Counted from the stretch's first letter, positions 50,534-60,800 are shown. The stretch is 64,000 nucleotides of DNA from an uncultured bacterium (GCA_963827235.1 CAWHAE010000010.1:736001-800000), one strand, 5' to 3'. Notes: a model not told the origin generated them from the sequence alone. Numbers and translations: made by a program.

Positions 50534-51766
50534 ATGTGCCCCAATTGTGGAGCCCAGAATGCCGATGGGAATCGCTTCTGCCAGAACTGCGGATCCCCGC
50601 TGCCGGGGGCTGTACCTCTCCAGGGCGGATCGCCGGGTGGTCAAGGGCAGCCGCACATGCCCGGAGGGCCGGCAGGACCGGTTCAGCAACCGGGTGCAGC
50701 ACCATGGCCGCAGGCGCCGATGCCGCCCGGGCAGCCTCCGCAGTGGCCGCCTAGCGGCGCCCCGGGACCGTTCTACTATCCGGCACAGTACGGCCCCAAC
50801 CCGGTGCACAGAGTGCACGGTCTGGCAATCGCCGGTCTGGTCGTCGGCCTGGCCGTGCTGATGACGCTCTGCGCGCTCGTCTTTCTTCGCAACACCATCC
50901 ATGCCTTGCCCGAGCCGGTGCTGCCGACCGCAACGCCGGCTGCCATAGCCACCTCCACTGCTCTGCCCACCGGCACTGCAACCACTATGCCCACGAACAC
51001 GGCGGTCGCCGTTCCCACCGGAACCGCGACTGTACCGCCCACCGCGGCACCGCTCGACACCGCCACAGCGATACCCACCGCGCCACCGGCGGACACGGCC
51101 ACTCCGCTCAGCCCTGCAACGGCGACGCTCGCGGCCGATACGGCGACGCCGTTGACCTTCGCATCTCCTACCGAGGCAGCGCTGCCTGCGCCGACAAAAG
51201 CTGCGGGCCACGCGGGAGGTAAAGCCACGGCCACTCGAGGCGGCGTGCACATTCCTGCTCCGACCGCGGTGCCCACGAGCGTTCCCGTGAGCTGCAGCCC
51301 ATCGTCGAAGGGCAAGCTGCTGAAGACGAATACGTTCTGCGTCACCCTGGTCAAGGACTTCAGCGTGATCGACAAGGGCACCTCGTACGCAAGTCTCAAG
51401 GACACCGTGAGCACAGGTGTATGGGGCACGATCTACATTCAGGCCGGCAAGCTTTCCACGCCGAGCTCGGTGACCGAGTGGCTGCAAAGCATGCTTTCCG
51501 GCTATCAGAAGAGCTATCCCGACGTTCAGTCCTGCGGCAGCCAATCCCAGGTAATCGTCGACGGTCAGACGGGCACGCTGGTCGCCATCTGCTACACGGT
51601 GACGCCGCAGGGCGGATCCGCCTTTGCCGCCGAGTCCGAGCTGTGGGCGGCCACCGCCAAACAAGGCAGCAGCATCTACTCGTTCGCCATCAACTCGGCG
51701 ACGGACGTGCCGCAGGTGATCACCGACTCGGAGAAGCTTCTGAGCACGCTGCACTGGACATTCTGA
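50534..51766 (+). CDS. Zinc-ribbon / Pro-rich / TM / Pro-Thr stalk / extracellular-domain protein
   Basis: CPNCG..FCQNCG; one TM helix; PTAT repeats; Cys-containing C-terminal domain; AGGAGG RBS. Confidence 0.8.
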   Translation: MCPNCGAQNADGNRFCQNCGSPLPGAVPLQGGSPGGQGQPHMPGGPAGPVQQPGAAPWPQAPMPPGQPPQWPPSGAPGPFYYPAQYGPNPVHRVHGLAIAGLVVGLAVLMTLCALVFLRNTIHALPEPVLPTATPAAIATSTALPTGTATTMPTNTAVAVPTGTATVPPTAAPLDTATAIPTAPPADTATPLSPATATLAADTATPLTFASPTEAALPAPTKAAGHAGGKATATRGGVHIPAPTAVPTSVPVSCSPSSKGKLLKTNTFCVTLVKDFSVIDKGTSYASLKDTVSTGVWGTIYIQAGKLSTPSSVTEWLQSMLSGYQKSYPDVQSCGSQSQVIVDGQTGTLVAICYTVTPQGGSAFAAESELWAATAKQGSSIYSFAINSATDVPQVITDSEKLLSTLHWTF

Positions 51767-51899
51767 GCCGTCGCCGATCGAGGTGCTCGCGGATACTATC
51801 ATTAGTCTTGGCCGGTGAGGCGGCGCAACGAAAGTGCGGCGTTGCTCGGCCGCGAAGCGGCGGCAACGCCCTGAACGAGTGGTAAAAGGGAATCGACCT

Positions 51900-52997
51900 A
51901 TGACCGTCCGTGCCATGGTGCTGCTTGGCGACGGCAGCTTGCCCGAGCAGCGCACTTTTGACGATCCGCTTCTTGAGGATGGGGCGGTGCTCATCGAGAC
52001 TATCGCCTCCGAGGTGTGCGGCACCGACGTGCACCTGATGCACGGCCGCCTGTCCGGCGTGCCGTACCCGATCATTCCGGGGCACGTGAGCGTGGGACGC
52101 GTGCTCACACTGCGCGGCGATGTTCGCGATTGTGACGGCACGGCTATCCGGCCAGGCGACGTGGTCACGTTTCTGGACGTTCACCGCACCTGCGGCCGGT
52201 GCTGGTATTGCCTGGTCGCCAAAGCGTCCACGCGCTGTCCCGAGCGCCGGGTGTATGGCATCACATACTCCGCAGAGCAGGGGTTGCTGGGCGGTTGGAG
52301 CGAGCGCATCCTCTTGCTGCCCGGTGTGCGGATCATACGGCTGCCCGCCGGGCTGGACCCAGACGTCTTCATGGCCGGCGGATGCGGCCTGCCGACCGCG
52401 CTCCACGCCGTCCAGCGGGGAGAGATCACGTTTGGCGACTCAGTGGTGATTCAGGGAGCCGGTCCGGTCGGGCTCTGTGCCACCGTGCTCGCGCAACTTC
52501 AGGGTGCCGCTCAAGTAATCGTCGTCGGAGGGCCGGCAGGCCGCCTGCGCATGGCCAAAGAGCTCGGTGCCGACCTGGTGATCGACATCGCCAAGCACGA
52601 CGAACGCGAGCGTGCGGCTATTATCCGCGACGCCACGCACGGACGAGGAGCGGACGTGACGATCGAGGCCACGGGCGTGCCGGCCGCGGTGGGTGAAGGT
52701 ATGCGACTCTGCCGTGACGCCGGAACTCTGGTCGTGGTCGGCCAATACACCGATCATGGAACGGCGGAGATCAACCCGCATCTGGACATCAACAAGCCGC
52801 ATCTTCGGGTGCTCGGCTGCTGGGGAAGCGACTTCAGCCACCTGTATCGATCCGTGGCCACGGTCGCGCGCCACGCGGAGCGTTTCCCATGGCGATCGAT
52901 GATCACCGGACGCTATCGCCTTGAAGATGCCGGCAAAGCACTGGCCTCGGCCGAACGACAGGAGAGCGTCAAGTCGCTCATTGTGCCCAACGGATAA
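51900..52997 (+). CDS. Zn-binding alcohol dehydrogenase
   Basis: VCGTDVH, PGHVSVG, CGRCWYC..C, GAGPVG. Confidence 0.88.
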   Translation: MTVRAMVLLGDGSLPEQRTFDDPLLEDGAVLIETIASEVCGTDVHLMHGRLSGVPYPIIPGHVSVGRVLTLRGDVRDCDGTAIRPGDVVTFLDVHRTCGRCWYCLVAKASTRCPERRVYGITYSAEQGLLGGWSERILLLPGVRIIRLPAGLDPDVFMAGGCGLPTALHAVQRGEITFGDSVVIQGAGPVGLCATVLAQLQGAAQVIVVGGPAGRLRMAKELGADLVIDIAKHDERERAAIIRDATHGRGADVTIEATGVPAAVGEGMRLCRDAGTLVVVGQYTDHGTAEINPHLDINKPHLRVLGCWGSDFSHLYRSVATVARHAERFPWRSMITGRYRLEDAGKALASAERQESVKSLIVPNG

Positions 52998-53219
52998 CGC
53001 GCTGGGACCAGGGACGGAGGAGTACCACGCGAAGTCCCGCCCTGCGGCCGATGGCGAGAGGGAGCCGCTTGATTCTCGGCACGGATGGTCGGCTGGATGC
53101 GCCGGGCGACAAGCGCGGGTATGATATGCTATCGTTGCGTTCGGCACAGCCAGGAGGAACGGCCCGGGCGCGCCGAGTTTAGGTTTGTCGCCCGCGCGTG
53201 GGGTCAAGAGTCGAGCACC

Positions 53220-54203
53220 ATGCTACTTGCAGGAGACATAGGCGGCACCAAGACGAGCCTGGCGGTGTTTGCGTCGCCCGCTAATCTGCACTCGTCTGTC
53301 GCCGCGGCGACATACGCGAGCGCGGCCTATTCGAGCCTGGAGGCGCTCGTACAGCAGTTCCTCGTGGAGCACGACCTTGCCATCGACCGCGCTTGCTTCG
53401 GCGTGGCCGGTCCGGTGGTCGCCGGGCAGGCCGAGATCACGAATCTACCCTGGAAGATCGTGTCGACGAACCTTCAGTCGGTGCTCGGCATACCGGTGGT
53501 GACGCTGATCAACGACCTCGCCGCCATTGCCACTGCTATCCCACTGCTCCACGCGGACGACCTGTACGTGATCAACGCGGGCGTAGCCCAGCCGGGCGGT
53601 GCCTTGGCGGTGATTGCTCCAGGCACGGGCCTTGGCGAGGCGTTTCTGAGCTGGAACGGTTCACGGTACGTGCCGCACTCGTCCGAGGGTGGTCACGGCG
53701 ACTTTGGCCCGACTACCGCCGAGCAAGTCGACCTTCTACGCTATCTGCAGGTACGTTACGGCCACGTGAGCTGGGAACGCGTATGCTCGGGCATCGGCAT
53801 ACCCAATATCTACCAGTTCCTTCGGGACACCGGTTATGCTTCGGAGCCGTCGTGGCTGGCAGAGAGGCTCGCAGATCCCTCGGTCGATCCTACGCCGATC
53901 ATAGCCACGGCCGGCCTTGAGGGGCGACCGGGCGATGAGCTGTGCGTGAAGACGCTGCGGATCTTCGTCTCGATCCTGGGCGCGGAGGCGGGCAATCTTG
54001 CCCTTACCGTGGTGGCCACTGGCGGCGTCTACATCGCCGGCGGTATTCCGCCGCGTGTCATCCCGCTACTCGAAGACGGCGACTTCACGCGGGCATTCCG
54101 CAAGAAGGGCCGGCTCAGCGACGTCCTGGAGAACGTGCCCGTATACGTGGTGACAAATCGGACCGTCGCCCTGCTGGGAGCGGCGGCGAGCGGGTTCAGC
54201 TGA
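53220..54203 (+). CDS. glk: Glucokinase
   Basis: AGDIGGTKT, GVAGPV, LINDL, APGTGLG, SEGGH, GGVYIAGGI. Confidence 0.93.
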   Translation: MLLAGDIGGTKTSLAVFASPANLHSSVAAATYASAAYSSLEALVQQFLVEHDLAIDRACFGVAGPVVAGQAEITNLPWKIVSTNLQSVLGIPVVTLINDLAAIATAIPLLHADDLYVINAGVAQPGGALAVIAPGTGLGEAFLSWNGSRYVPHSSEGGHGDFGPTTAEQVDLLRYLQVRYGHVSWERVCSGIGIPNIYQFLRDTGYASEPSWLAERLADPSVDPTPIIATAGLEGRPGDELCVKTLRIFVSILGAEAGNLALTVVATGGVYIAGGIPPRVIPLLEDGDFTRAFRKKGRLSDVLENVPVYVVTNRTVALLGAAASGFS

Positions 54204-54314
54204 ACCATCCCGTCCCTAGAGGCGAGAGCACGACATCCTTGCGATTGACGAAGGTGGACTGGCGGCCAGGCCGGCAGTCCACCTTATGTTCGGGATCTCG
54301 GCGACCTCAGCCGT

Positions 54315-55895
54315 TCAGGCGCGAGGGCCGGCCGCCTTCACGGCATCATCCACCGAGTCAAACCGTTTGAAGTTGGCGTGGAAACGCGAGGCAAGGCCTC
54401 GCGCGGCCTCGTCGTACGCCGCACCATGCGGCCAGGTTTCGCGGGGTCGAAGAATGTCGGCCGGCACCCCGGGCACGACTTCCGGCACATGGAGGCCAAA
54501 GATCGGGTCGGTCCAGGTCGGCACGGTCGCCAGGGCGCCGGAGAGCGCGGCGCTGACGACGGCGCGGGTATAGGCGATGGGGAACCGCCGTCCGACGCCG
54601 AAGCCTCCGCCTGTCCAGCCGGTGTTGAGCAGGTAGCATTGTGCGCCGTGCTGCAGCACCTTCTCGCGCAACATCTCGGCGAATACGGTCGGCGGCAGCG
54701 CGAGGAACGGCGCGCCGAAGCAAGCGCTGAACGTGGCTTCAGGCTCGGAGCCCATGCCCGTCTCGGTTCCGGCCAGCTTCGCGGTGTAGCCGGACAGGAA
54801 ATAGTACAGGGCCTGCTCGACGTCGAGTCTTGCCACCGGAGGCAGCACGCCGAACGCATCGGCCGACAAGAACACGACCGCCTGGGGATGGCCGGCCCGG
54901 CCTTCCAGCACGGACCCCTGGATGAAATCGATCGGGTACGCGGCGCGGGTATTCTCGGTGATCTGGGTATCCTCGAACCGCGGTGCGCGCGAGAGCGGAT
55001 CGAGAATCACATTCTCCAGCACTGCTCCGAACTTGATCGCGTCGTAGATCTGCGGCTCGCTCTCACGCCTGAGATTGATGCACTTGGCGTAGCAGCCGCC
55101 TTCGAAATTGAACACGCCGGTCGAGCTCCAGCCATGCTCGTCGTCGCCGACCAGCCGGCGAGCCGGATCGGCCGAGAGCGTGGTCTTGCCGGTGCCTGAC
55201 AGGCCGAAGAACAGGGCCACGTTCCCGTCGGCGCCCACGTTCGCCGAACAGTGCATCGGCAGAACGCCGCGGTCCGGCAGCACGAAGTTGAGGTAGCTGA
55301 AAACGCTCTTCTTGATCTCTCCGGCATACCTGGTGCCGGCAATGGTGACCAGGCGCCGGCCGAAATCGACTATGATCGCGGCCTCGGAGCGCACGCCGTC
55401 TCGTTCCGGGTCGCACATGAAATCGGGCGCTACCAGCACGGTGAATCCGGGCACGAAGCCCTGACGCTGCTGATCCGAGGTACGCAGGAAGAGCTGGTGC
55501 GCGAAGAGAGCCTGCCAGGCGTACTCCGTCACCACGCGCACGCCGAGCCGATAGTCTGGATCGGCGCCCGCCCAGGCATCGACGACGAACGTCGGGCGGC
55601 CAAGCAGATACTGCGCGACGCGATCCTGCAGCCGCGCGGCCACCTCCGGGTCGATGGGCGTGTTGAAGCCGCCCCAAGCGACGCGGTCCGCCGTGGTCGC
55701 GTCGCGCACGATGAACTTGTCCTTCACCGACCGCCCGGTGCGCGGGGCGGTCTCCGCGACGAGGGCCCCGGTTGCCGAGAGCGAGATGCCGCCGGCCGCC
55801 AGTGCGGCTTCCGCGAGGGCAGGCGCGCTCACGTTGTACCGGCCCAAGGGCCACTCGAGCTGGGCAAGGTCTACGACCGCAAGATCAGCCTCCAT
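54315..55895 (-). CDS. pckA: Phosphoenolpyruvate carboxykinase (ATP)
   Basis: YAGEIKKS, PMHCSAN, GLSGTGKTTLS, GDDEHGW, NFEGGCYAK. Confidence 0.97.
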   Translation of the reverse strand: MEADLAVVDLAQLEWPLGRYNVSAPALAEAALAAGGISLSATGALVAETAPRTGRSVKDKFIVRDATTADRVAWGGFNTPIDPEVAARLQDRVAQYLLGRPTFVVDAWAGADPDYRLGVRVVTEYAWQALFAHQLFLRTSDQQRQGFVPGFTVLVAPDFMCDPERDGVRSEAAIIVDFGRRLVTIAGTRYAGEIKKSVFSYLNFVLPDRGVLPMHCSANVGADGNVALFFGLSGTGKTTLSADPARRLVGDDEHGWSSTGVFNFEGGCYAKCINLRRESEPQIYDAIKFGAVLENVILDPLSRAPRFEDTQITENTRAAYPIDFIQGSVLEGRAGHPQAVVFLSADAFGVLPPVARLDVEQALYYFLSGYTAKLAGTETGMGSEPEATFSACFGAPFLALPPTVFAEMLREKVLQHGAQCYLLNTGWTGGGFGVGRRFPIAYTRAVVSAALSGALATVPTWTDPIFGLHVPEVVPGVPADILRPRETWPHGAAYDEAARGLASRFHANFKRFDSVDDAVKAAGPRA

Positions 55896-56427
55896 CGTAT
55901 CTCCAGTACTTCACTGCGTTTTCTCACCGACGCTCCCGTTGCGGACAGCGAAGTGTGAACGTAGCACGACATTGTGCTGATTGCGGACGATGAGGCGACC
56001 ATGCCGCTCCGCACGATATCCCCACGGCCGCCGGCATTGGCGCCGTCTTCTCACGTGAATCTCGCGAACCACGGGAGACCAAAGCGCGAGCCGGTCCGGT
56101 ACAAAGCCAATCCCCTCTGTGCTCGACCCGAGCCACTGGCTACCCCAAACACGTGGCCTGGCAGGCCGAAAGCCGGCTTCCGTGCAGAACTGTACCACAC
56201 GCGGTTCGCGCTGGAGAAGGTCGGCAACCTGTCGCCCTATTACCCGATATAGGCTGCAGTCAGGGGCCGTGATACTATGGCCGTGGAGCGCGCTGTCACG
56301 CCGGGTATCCGGCACCGCTCGGATCCGGCAGAGACCGGTCTCTCGTTGAGCGCTGGCCGGCCCGGCCCCGGGGCGGGGCGACGTCCGCGCGTGGCTGGTG
56401 CGTACTGGGCGCAGCATTGGAGGATCA

Positions 56428-57693
56428 TTGGCACAGAGAAGAGCGGCTCGACACGTCGAGAGCGGCGCCGGCTGGGCAGAGGCGCGTCCGCATCTATCGA
56501 ACACGCGCAGCGCTCGTCCGCGGGCGGTTCTGGCGGCGGTCGAGCAAACGCAGCTTGGACAGGACTTCGCCGGCCCGCCGTGGGGCACCGAGGATAGCCT
56601 CGAGGAGCTCGCGAGGCTGGCGGAGACGGGCGATATCGAGGTGGTCAGGACGATGACCCAGCGGCTGTCCGTGGCACACCCGCGCACGTACTTCGGCGCC
56701 GGGAAGGCACGGGAGCTTGCCGAATGGCTGGAAGCGGAAGAGTGCGACATCGCCGTCTTCGACGACGAGCTGACGCCGGGCCAGCAGAAGGGCATTGAAG
56801 AGATTATAGGCAGCGGCAAGGCAGTGGACCGTACCCAGCTCATTCTCGACATCTTCGCATCGCGGGCCCACACCAAGGAAGGCGCGCTGCAGGTACTGCT
56901 CGCCAGGTATCGCTATCAGATCCCGAGGCTTCGTCGCCTGTGGACGCACCTCGAGCGCCAGCGCGGTGGTACCGGCACCCGCGGCGGCGCGGGCGAGACG
57001 CAGATGGAGACCGATCGGCGTGCGCTGGAGGCCGGGGTGAAGCGCCTGGAGCGCGAGCTGGACGTCGTGCGTGCGCGCCGCGCCGAGCAGCGCCGATCGC
57101 GCAAAGAGAAGTGGCCGACCATTGCCCTCGTGGGCTATACCAACGCCGGCAAGTCGACGCTGCTCAACACCCTGACAGGCGCCGGAGTAGACGCCCGCGA
57201 CAAGCTGTTCGCCACGCTCGACCCGACGACTCGACGCTGGTTTCTGGGCGGCAAGGGCAGCGCACTGCTGACCGACACCGTGGGTTTCATCCACAAGCTG
57301 CCGTCCACCCTGGTCGCGGCCTTCCGGGCCACGCTGGAGGAGGCTACAGAAGCCGACCTTCTCCTGCACGTGGTGGATGCGTCCTCACGCCATGCCGCAG
57401 GCCAGGCAACCGTCGTGGCCGACGAGCTGGAGAAGATCGGTGCACGCGGTCCGGTGGTGACCGTACTGAACAAGATCGACCTGATCCCGGCCGAGGATAG
57501 GTTGCGAGTGCTCGAAGAGCTGCGGAGCACCTTCGCCGACGCCGTCATGGTGAGCGCGGTCACCGGCCAGGGCTTCGAGGAGCTGCGTGAGACGGTGGCT
57601 GGGAAGGTGCCTAAAGCGGCCTGGCAATACAGCTCGGCCGCGCCCGGTCCGCAGCGGTCTTGGTCGTTAGTCCCATCTGGCCCTCGATCATGA
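56428..57693 (+). CDS. hflX: Ribosome-splitting GTPase HflX
   Basis: LILDIFASRA, GYTNAGKSTL, LFATLDPTTR, DTVGFI, NKID; TTG start after GGAGG. Confidence 0.95.
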   Translation: MAQRRAARHVESGAGWAEARPHLSNTRSARPRAVLAAVEQTQLGQDFAGPPWGTEDSLEELARLAETGDIEVVRTMTQRLSVAHPRTYFGAGKARELAEWLEAEECDIAVFDDELTPGQQKGIEEIIGSGKAVDRTQLILDIFASRAHTKEGALQVLLARYRYQIPRLRRLWTHLERQRGGTGTRGGAGETQMETDRRALEAGVKRLERELDVVRARRAEQRRSRKEKWPTIALVGYTNAGKSTLLNTLTGAGVDARDKLFATLDPTTRRWFLGGKGSALLTDTVGFIHKLPSTLVAAFRATLEEATEADLLLHVVDASSRHAAGQATVVADELEKIGARGPVVTVLNKIDLIPAEDRLRVLEELRSTFADAVMVSAVTGQGFEELRETVAGKVPKAAWQYSSAAPGPQRSWSLVPSGPRS

Positions 57694-58106
57694 TGGCGAT
57701 GTCCATGCCGTGCGTCCCATCTCGTGGCTGCTTCGCCTCTGCTCAACGGTAACATGCACAAGGCTCAGCGCGCCTCAAGTGCCTCGCCCGCGCCAGCTAC
57801 CGAGATTCCTCGGGAGGCCGATATGCCTAGCAATTCGGCGAATGCGCGCCTAAAGATCTCGGCGCCCTTGCCGATAGATGGCGGTGTGTGCTCGTAGTGT
57901 GTACGCGCAGACTGCGTGCACTCGCTTGCGCCCAGTGCGACGTAGGATACGTACGCTACGGGCCGCAGCTCATCCGCAACTGAATGGTATTGCACTGCAG
58001 CCTGCACGCCGCCCCAGCCAGACCTCTCGCGCGTCCTCAGGCCGCACTGGATCCTGCCGCCGGGATAAGCGCGTCGAGCAGGCGTGACTCCGGGACTTGG
58101 CCGGGA

Positions 58107-58445
58107 TCAGACCACGGCGCCGTTCAAGCACTTCTCCACGTGTGCGCGCAGTGCAGGCTTGGGCTGAGCGCCGACCACCATGTGCATCGGCTTCCCGTCC
58201 TTGAAGAACATCAGCGTGGGGAGCGTTTGTATTCCGTACTGCGACACGATGCCGTCAGCCTGCTCGACGTCGACCTTGACCACCTTGAGCCTGTCGCCAA
58301 AGTCCTGAGATACCTCTTCGAGCGCGGTGGCCACCAGCTTGCAGGGAGCGCACCAGTCGGCATAGAAGTCCACGACGACGGTCACCTTGCTTCCCAGCAC
58401 CTTCTCGCCAAACTCAGCCTCACTGATCTTCGTCGCTTGCGCCAT
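58107..58445 (-). CDS. trxA: Thioredoxin
   Basis: VDFYADWCAPCK; PTLMFFKDG. Confidence 0.92.
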   Translation of the reverse strand: MAQATKISEAEFGEKVLGSKVTVVVDFYADWCAPCKLVATALEEVSQDFGDRLKVVKVDVEQADGIVSQYGIQTLPTLMFFKDGKPMHMVVGAQPKPALRAHVEKCLNGAVV

Positions 58446-58629
58446 CTGCCGCTTTCTCCCTCACCTGTCGCCGGCGAATCCAAGCCCCACGCTACCACAG
58501 GTCGTGTGCCCGGCACTGCACGTATTCTACCACTGGTAGGGACCGCGGCACTCCATTTCGTGCGGATAAATCCTATTGGATACGGCATCGATCTGTCCCG
58601 GCAGCGGCTGCCCACGGCACGAAGGCTGC

Positions 58630-59673
58630 CTATGCCTCTACTCGAGACGGCACGTCATCGAGAGAACCAGCCTCGGCATCGGCGAGCACGCGCTGCGGCA
58701 GAAGCAGAAGCGCTTGTTGCGCGGCTTCACGGACTTCCTCCGTGGGGTCGTCCGAGAGGGTGCGGATGTCTTCCTCCGCAGAGGCCTCCCCCATGGTTGC
58801 CAGCGCGCGGGCTGCTGCGGCGCGCTCGACGCTCGCGCGTGCATGCAGGAGCTCTTTCAGCATAGGCACGAGCTCAAACAACTCGAGGTCGCCAATTGCT
58901 CTCAGCACTCTGCAGCGCAGCAAGGGCGCGCGCACGACGGCAAGTGCTTCCATGGTGTCACGCACCACCTGCTCGGCGTCGCGATCGATGTCCAGTCCAT
59001 AGGAGGCCAGGAGGTCAAACGGCGGCTGCCGCGATCCGCCCAGTACAACCTGCACCCAGGTGGCCAGGTTCTCGGGGATCTCCGGACGCGGGCTCAACGT
59101 GGTGTGAATGGCCAGCAGCTCAGGCAGATGCCGCTGCGACCAATAGTAGAGTCCCAGCGTAAGCTCCGCGTCCCGCCAGGCATACGCGAGCGAGGGAAGA
59201 TCCAGAGGCCGGTGCAGCCAGGCGCTTCTCTGCAGCGATTTGTCGATGCCGACACCGAAGGCGCGCCGGGCGAAGGCGGCCAGGCTCGCTTCACCCTTGC
59301 CGAACGCCGACCGGGCCACGTCGCTGAGATCCGCCACGTACCGCAGGTTCAGGCCCGCGCCCTCCAGCATATCCCTGTCGAGAGCTATGCCGTGGAACAC
59401 TTTGAGCACGGATACCGAGGCCATCACCGGCCCAAGAGGAGAGAGGTCGCGGAGCCGAAGAGGGTCCAGCGCATAGGTCATGCCCGGAAGAGCCACCTGG
59501 AGCAGGGCAAACTTGCTCTGTCGCTCCCTTGGCGGAATGCCCGCCTCCACGTCGATGCCCAGGACAGGCGTGCCTGCCATCACCTCCGCGACCCGGCTCA
59601 GATCCTCCTGGCGGTCGATCAGCTGCCGCGCGCCGTGCGGAGGAGCAGGCTCGCGCATCGCCTCATCTGGCAT
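58630..59673 (-). CDS. RNase D-like DEDDy 3'-5' exonuclease fused to HEAT repeats
   Basis: GIDVE, ALLQVA, FHGIALD, DKSLQRSAW..RPL, YAWRDA; C-terminal RAAAARALA..DDPTEEVREAA. Confidence 0.8.
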   Translation of the reverse strand: MPDEAMREPAPPHGARQLIDRQEDLSRVAEVMAGTPVLGIDVEAGIPPRERQSKFALLQVALPGMTYALDPLRLRDLSPLGPVMASVSVLKVFHGIALDRDMLEGAGLNLRYVADLSDVARSAFGKGEASLAAFARRAFGVGIDKSLQRSAWLHRPLDLPSLAYAWRDAELTLGLYYWSQRHLPELLAIHTTLSPRPEIPENLATWVQVVLGGSRQPPFDLLASYGLDIDRDAEQVVRDTMEALAVVRAPLLRCRVLRAIGDLELFELVPMLKELLHARASVERAAAARALATMGEASAEEDIRTLSDDPTEEVREAAQQALLLLPQRVLADAEAGSLDDVPSRVEA

Positions 59674-59799
59674 CCCGGCTCCATTACCCTAGGCCCAAGA
59701 CTTGAGACACTGCTAGTGTAACATGCCTCTCCCGGCACACCTGCAGCCGCGGCAGGTATCCAGCGGGACTAGGACTACGTGACGAGCACCCACGCAAGG

Positions 59800-59869
59800 C
59801 AAAAACAAAGGCCCGGCAGTTGGGGACAAGCGGAGTGCTGTGGGTGTGGTCTTCGGCCCGCCGGGCCTG
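59800..59869 (-). ncRNA. Candidate ~70-nt small RNA or terminated leader
   Basis: TTGCGG-N16-TACTAT promoter (59875-59902); closing stem AGGCCCGGC/GCCGGGCCU; C-rich loop; U-rich tail. Confidence 0.45.
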
Positions 59870-59996
59870 TATCCATAGTAAGCCAACGGCCCGCGCCCGC
59901 AATTACCCATATGGGCTAATCTGACGGTACCTAAAGGCCCGAGTTTCTGGCCTTCGGCGGCGCACTTCTGGGGACGAACGGCAGGGCCCTCCTGTT

Positions 59997-60013
59997 GTGT
60001 ACTGACAGTACAC
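59997..60013. promoter_or_regulatory. Palindromic operator upstream of XRE gene
   Basis: GTGTACTG-A-CAGTACAC; TGgTATGCT -10 at about 60039-60047. Confidence 0.65.
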
Positions 60014-60053
60014 TGGGGTTTACTGAGCCAATGTTCCATGGTATGCTGTCTCT

Positions 60054-60512
60054 ATGGCGAAAGAGCAAGCAAGCGGGCTGGGCGATCGAGTGCGCAAACG
60101 GCGCAAGGCGCTGGGTCTGACGGCGAAGGCGCTGGCCAAAGCCGCCGGTGTCAGCACATCCTACATTTCGCAGGTCGAGCGAGGCCATCAAGAGGATCCG
60201 TCTCTCCCGGCTTTGCGGCGACTTGCGGACGCCCTGAAGATGGATTTGCACGCGCTGCTCGGCGGCCCGGCCCCGAGCGCCGACATGCCGCCCGTGCCGC
60301 CCAGCCTGAAAGAGCTGGCGGCCGAGTGCGGATTGGCAGACGACGTGGTCGGCATGCTCTCTCACGTTCAGGTAGACGGTCTGCAGCCCAGCACGAAGGA
60401 GGACTGGTTGTTCCTGCTCCTCGCCGTACGGCGGGCCTGCCACCTCTATGAGCCCGTGGTTGTCGTTCAAGCATCTGATGAGAAAGAGGGTAAGCATGCG
60501 CTGCGAAGCTGA
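60054..60512 (+). CDS. XRE/Cro-C1 HTH regulator
   Basis: LAKAAGVSTSYISQVERG..PSLPALRRLADAL. Confidence 0.88.
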   Translation: MAKEQASGLGDRVRKRRKALGLTAKALAKAAGVSTSYISQVERGHQEDPSLPALRRLADALKMDLHALLGGPAPSADMPPVPPSLKELAAECGLADDVVGMLSHVQVDGLQPSTKEDWLFLLLAVRRACHLYEPVVVVQASDEKEGKHALRS

Positions 60513-60726
60513 AGTGCATGAGCGCCTCTATTCCGGGGAAGCCGAGCTGGTCCGCTTGGCCGAGGAGATATCCCGGCTGAGCCTCGAAGTCAAGCTTGGA
60601 GCAGACGGATGGCGAGCCGCGCTCGAGAGACTGTCCGAGACGCTCCAACGAAGGCGCGCTCTGCAGGCACAGCTGGATAGCCTGCGCTGGGTGTTGACGG
60701 GCGATACGGAGCGCCTGGCGAGCTGA
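60496..60726 (+). CDS. Small coiled-coil hypothetical protein overlapping the XRE stop
   Basis: GAGGG RBS, ATG 60496, heptad-like pattern. Confidence 0.6.
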   Translation: MRCEAEVHERLYSGEAELVRLAEEISRLSLEVKLGADGWRAALERLSETLQRRRALQAQLDSLRWVLTGDTERLAS

Positions 60727-60800
60727 GATGGCCGGCGGCGATCACTGGTCGCCGCAGCGGTCGCCGACAGGAGACGTTCCCCGCCGAACAATCGTCCGGA

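Noticed and set aside
50930-51290. Quasi-repeats in the Pro/Thr-rich region
   Set aside because: Ordinary low-complexity PTAT linker
55920-56420. Possible hflX leader peptide/attenuator or ncRNA (ORF 55974-56252)
   Set aside because: No recognisable stalling motif, terminator or RNA-family signature; a CRP-like site had the wrong spacing
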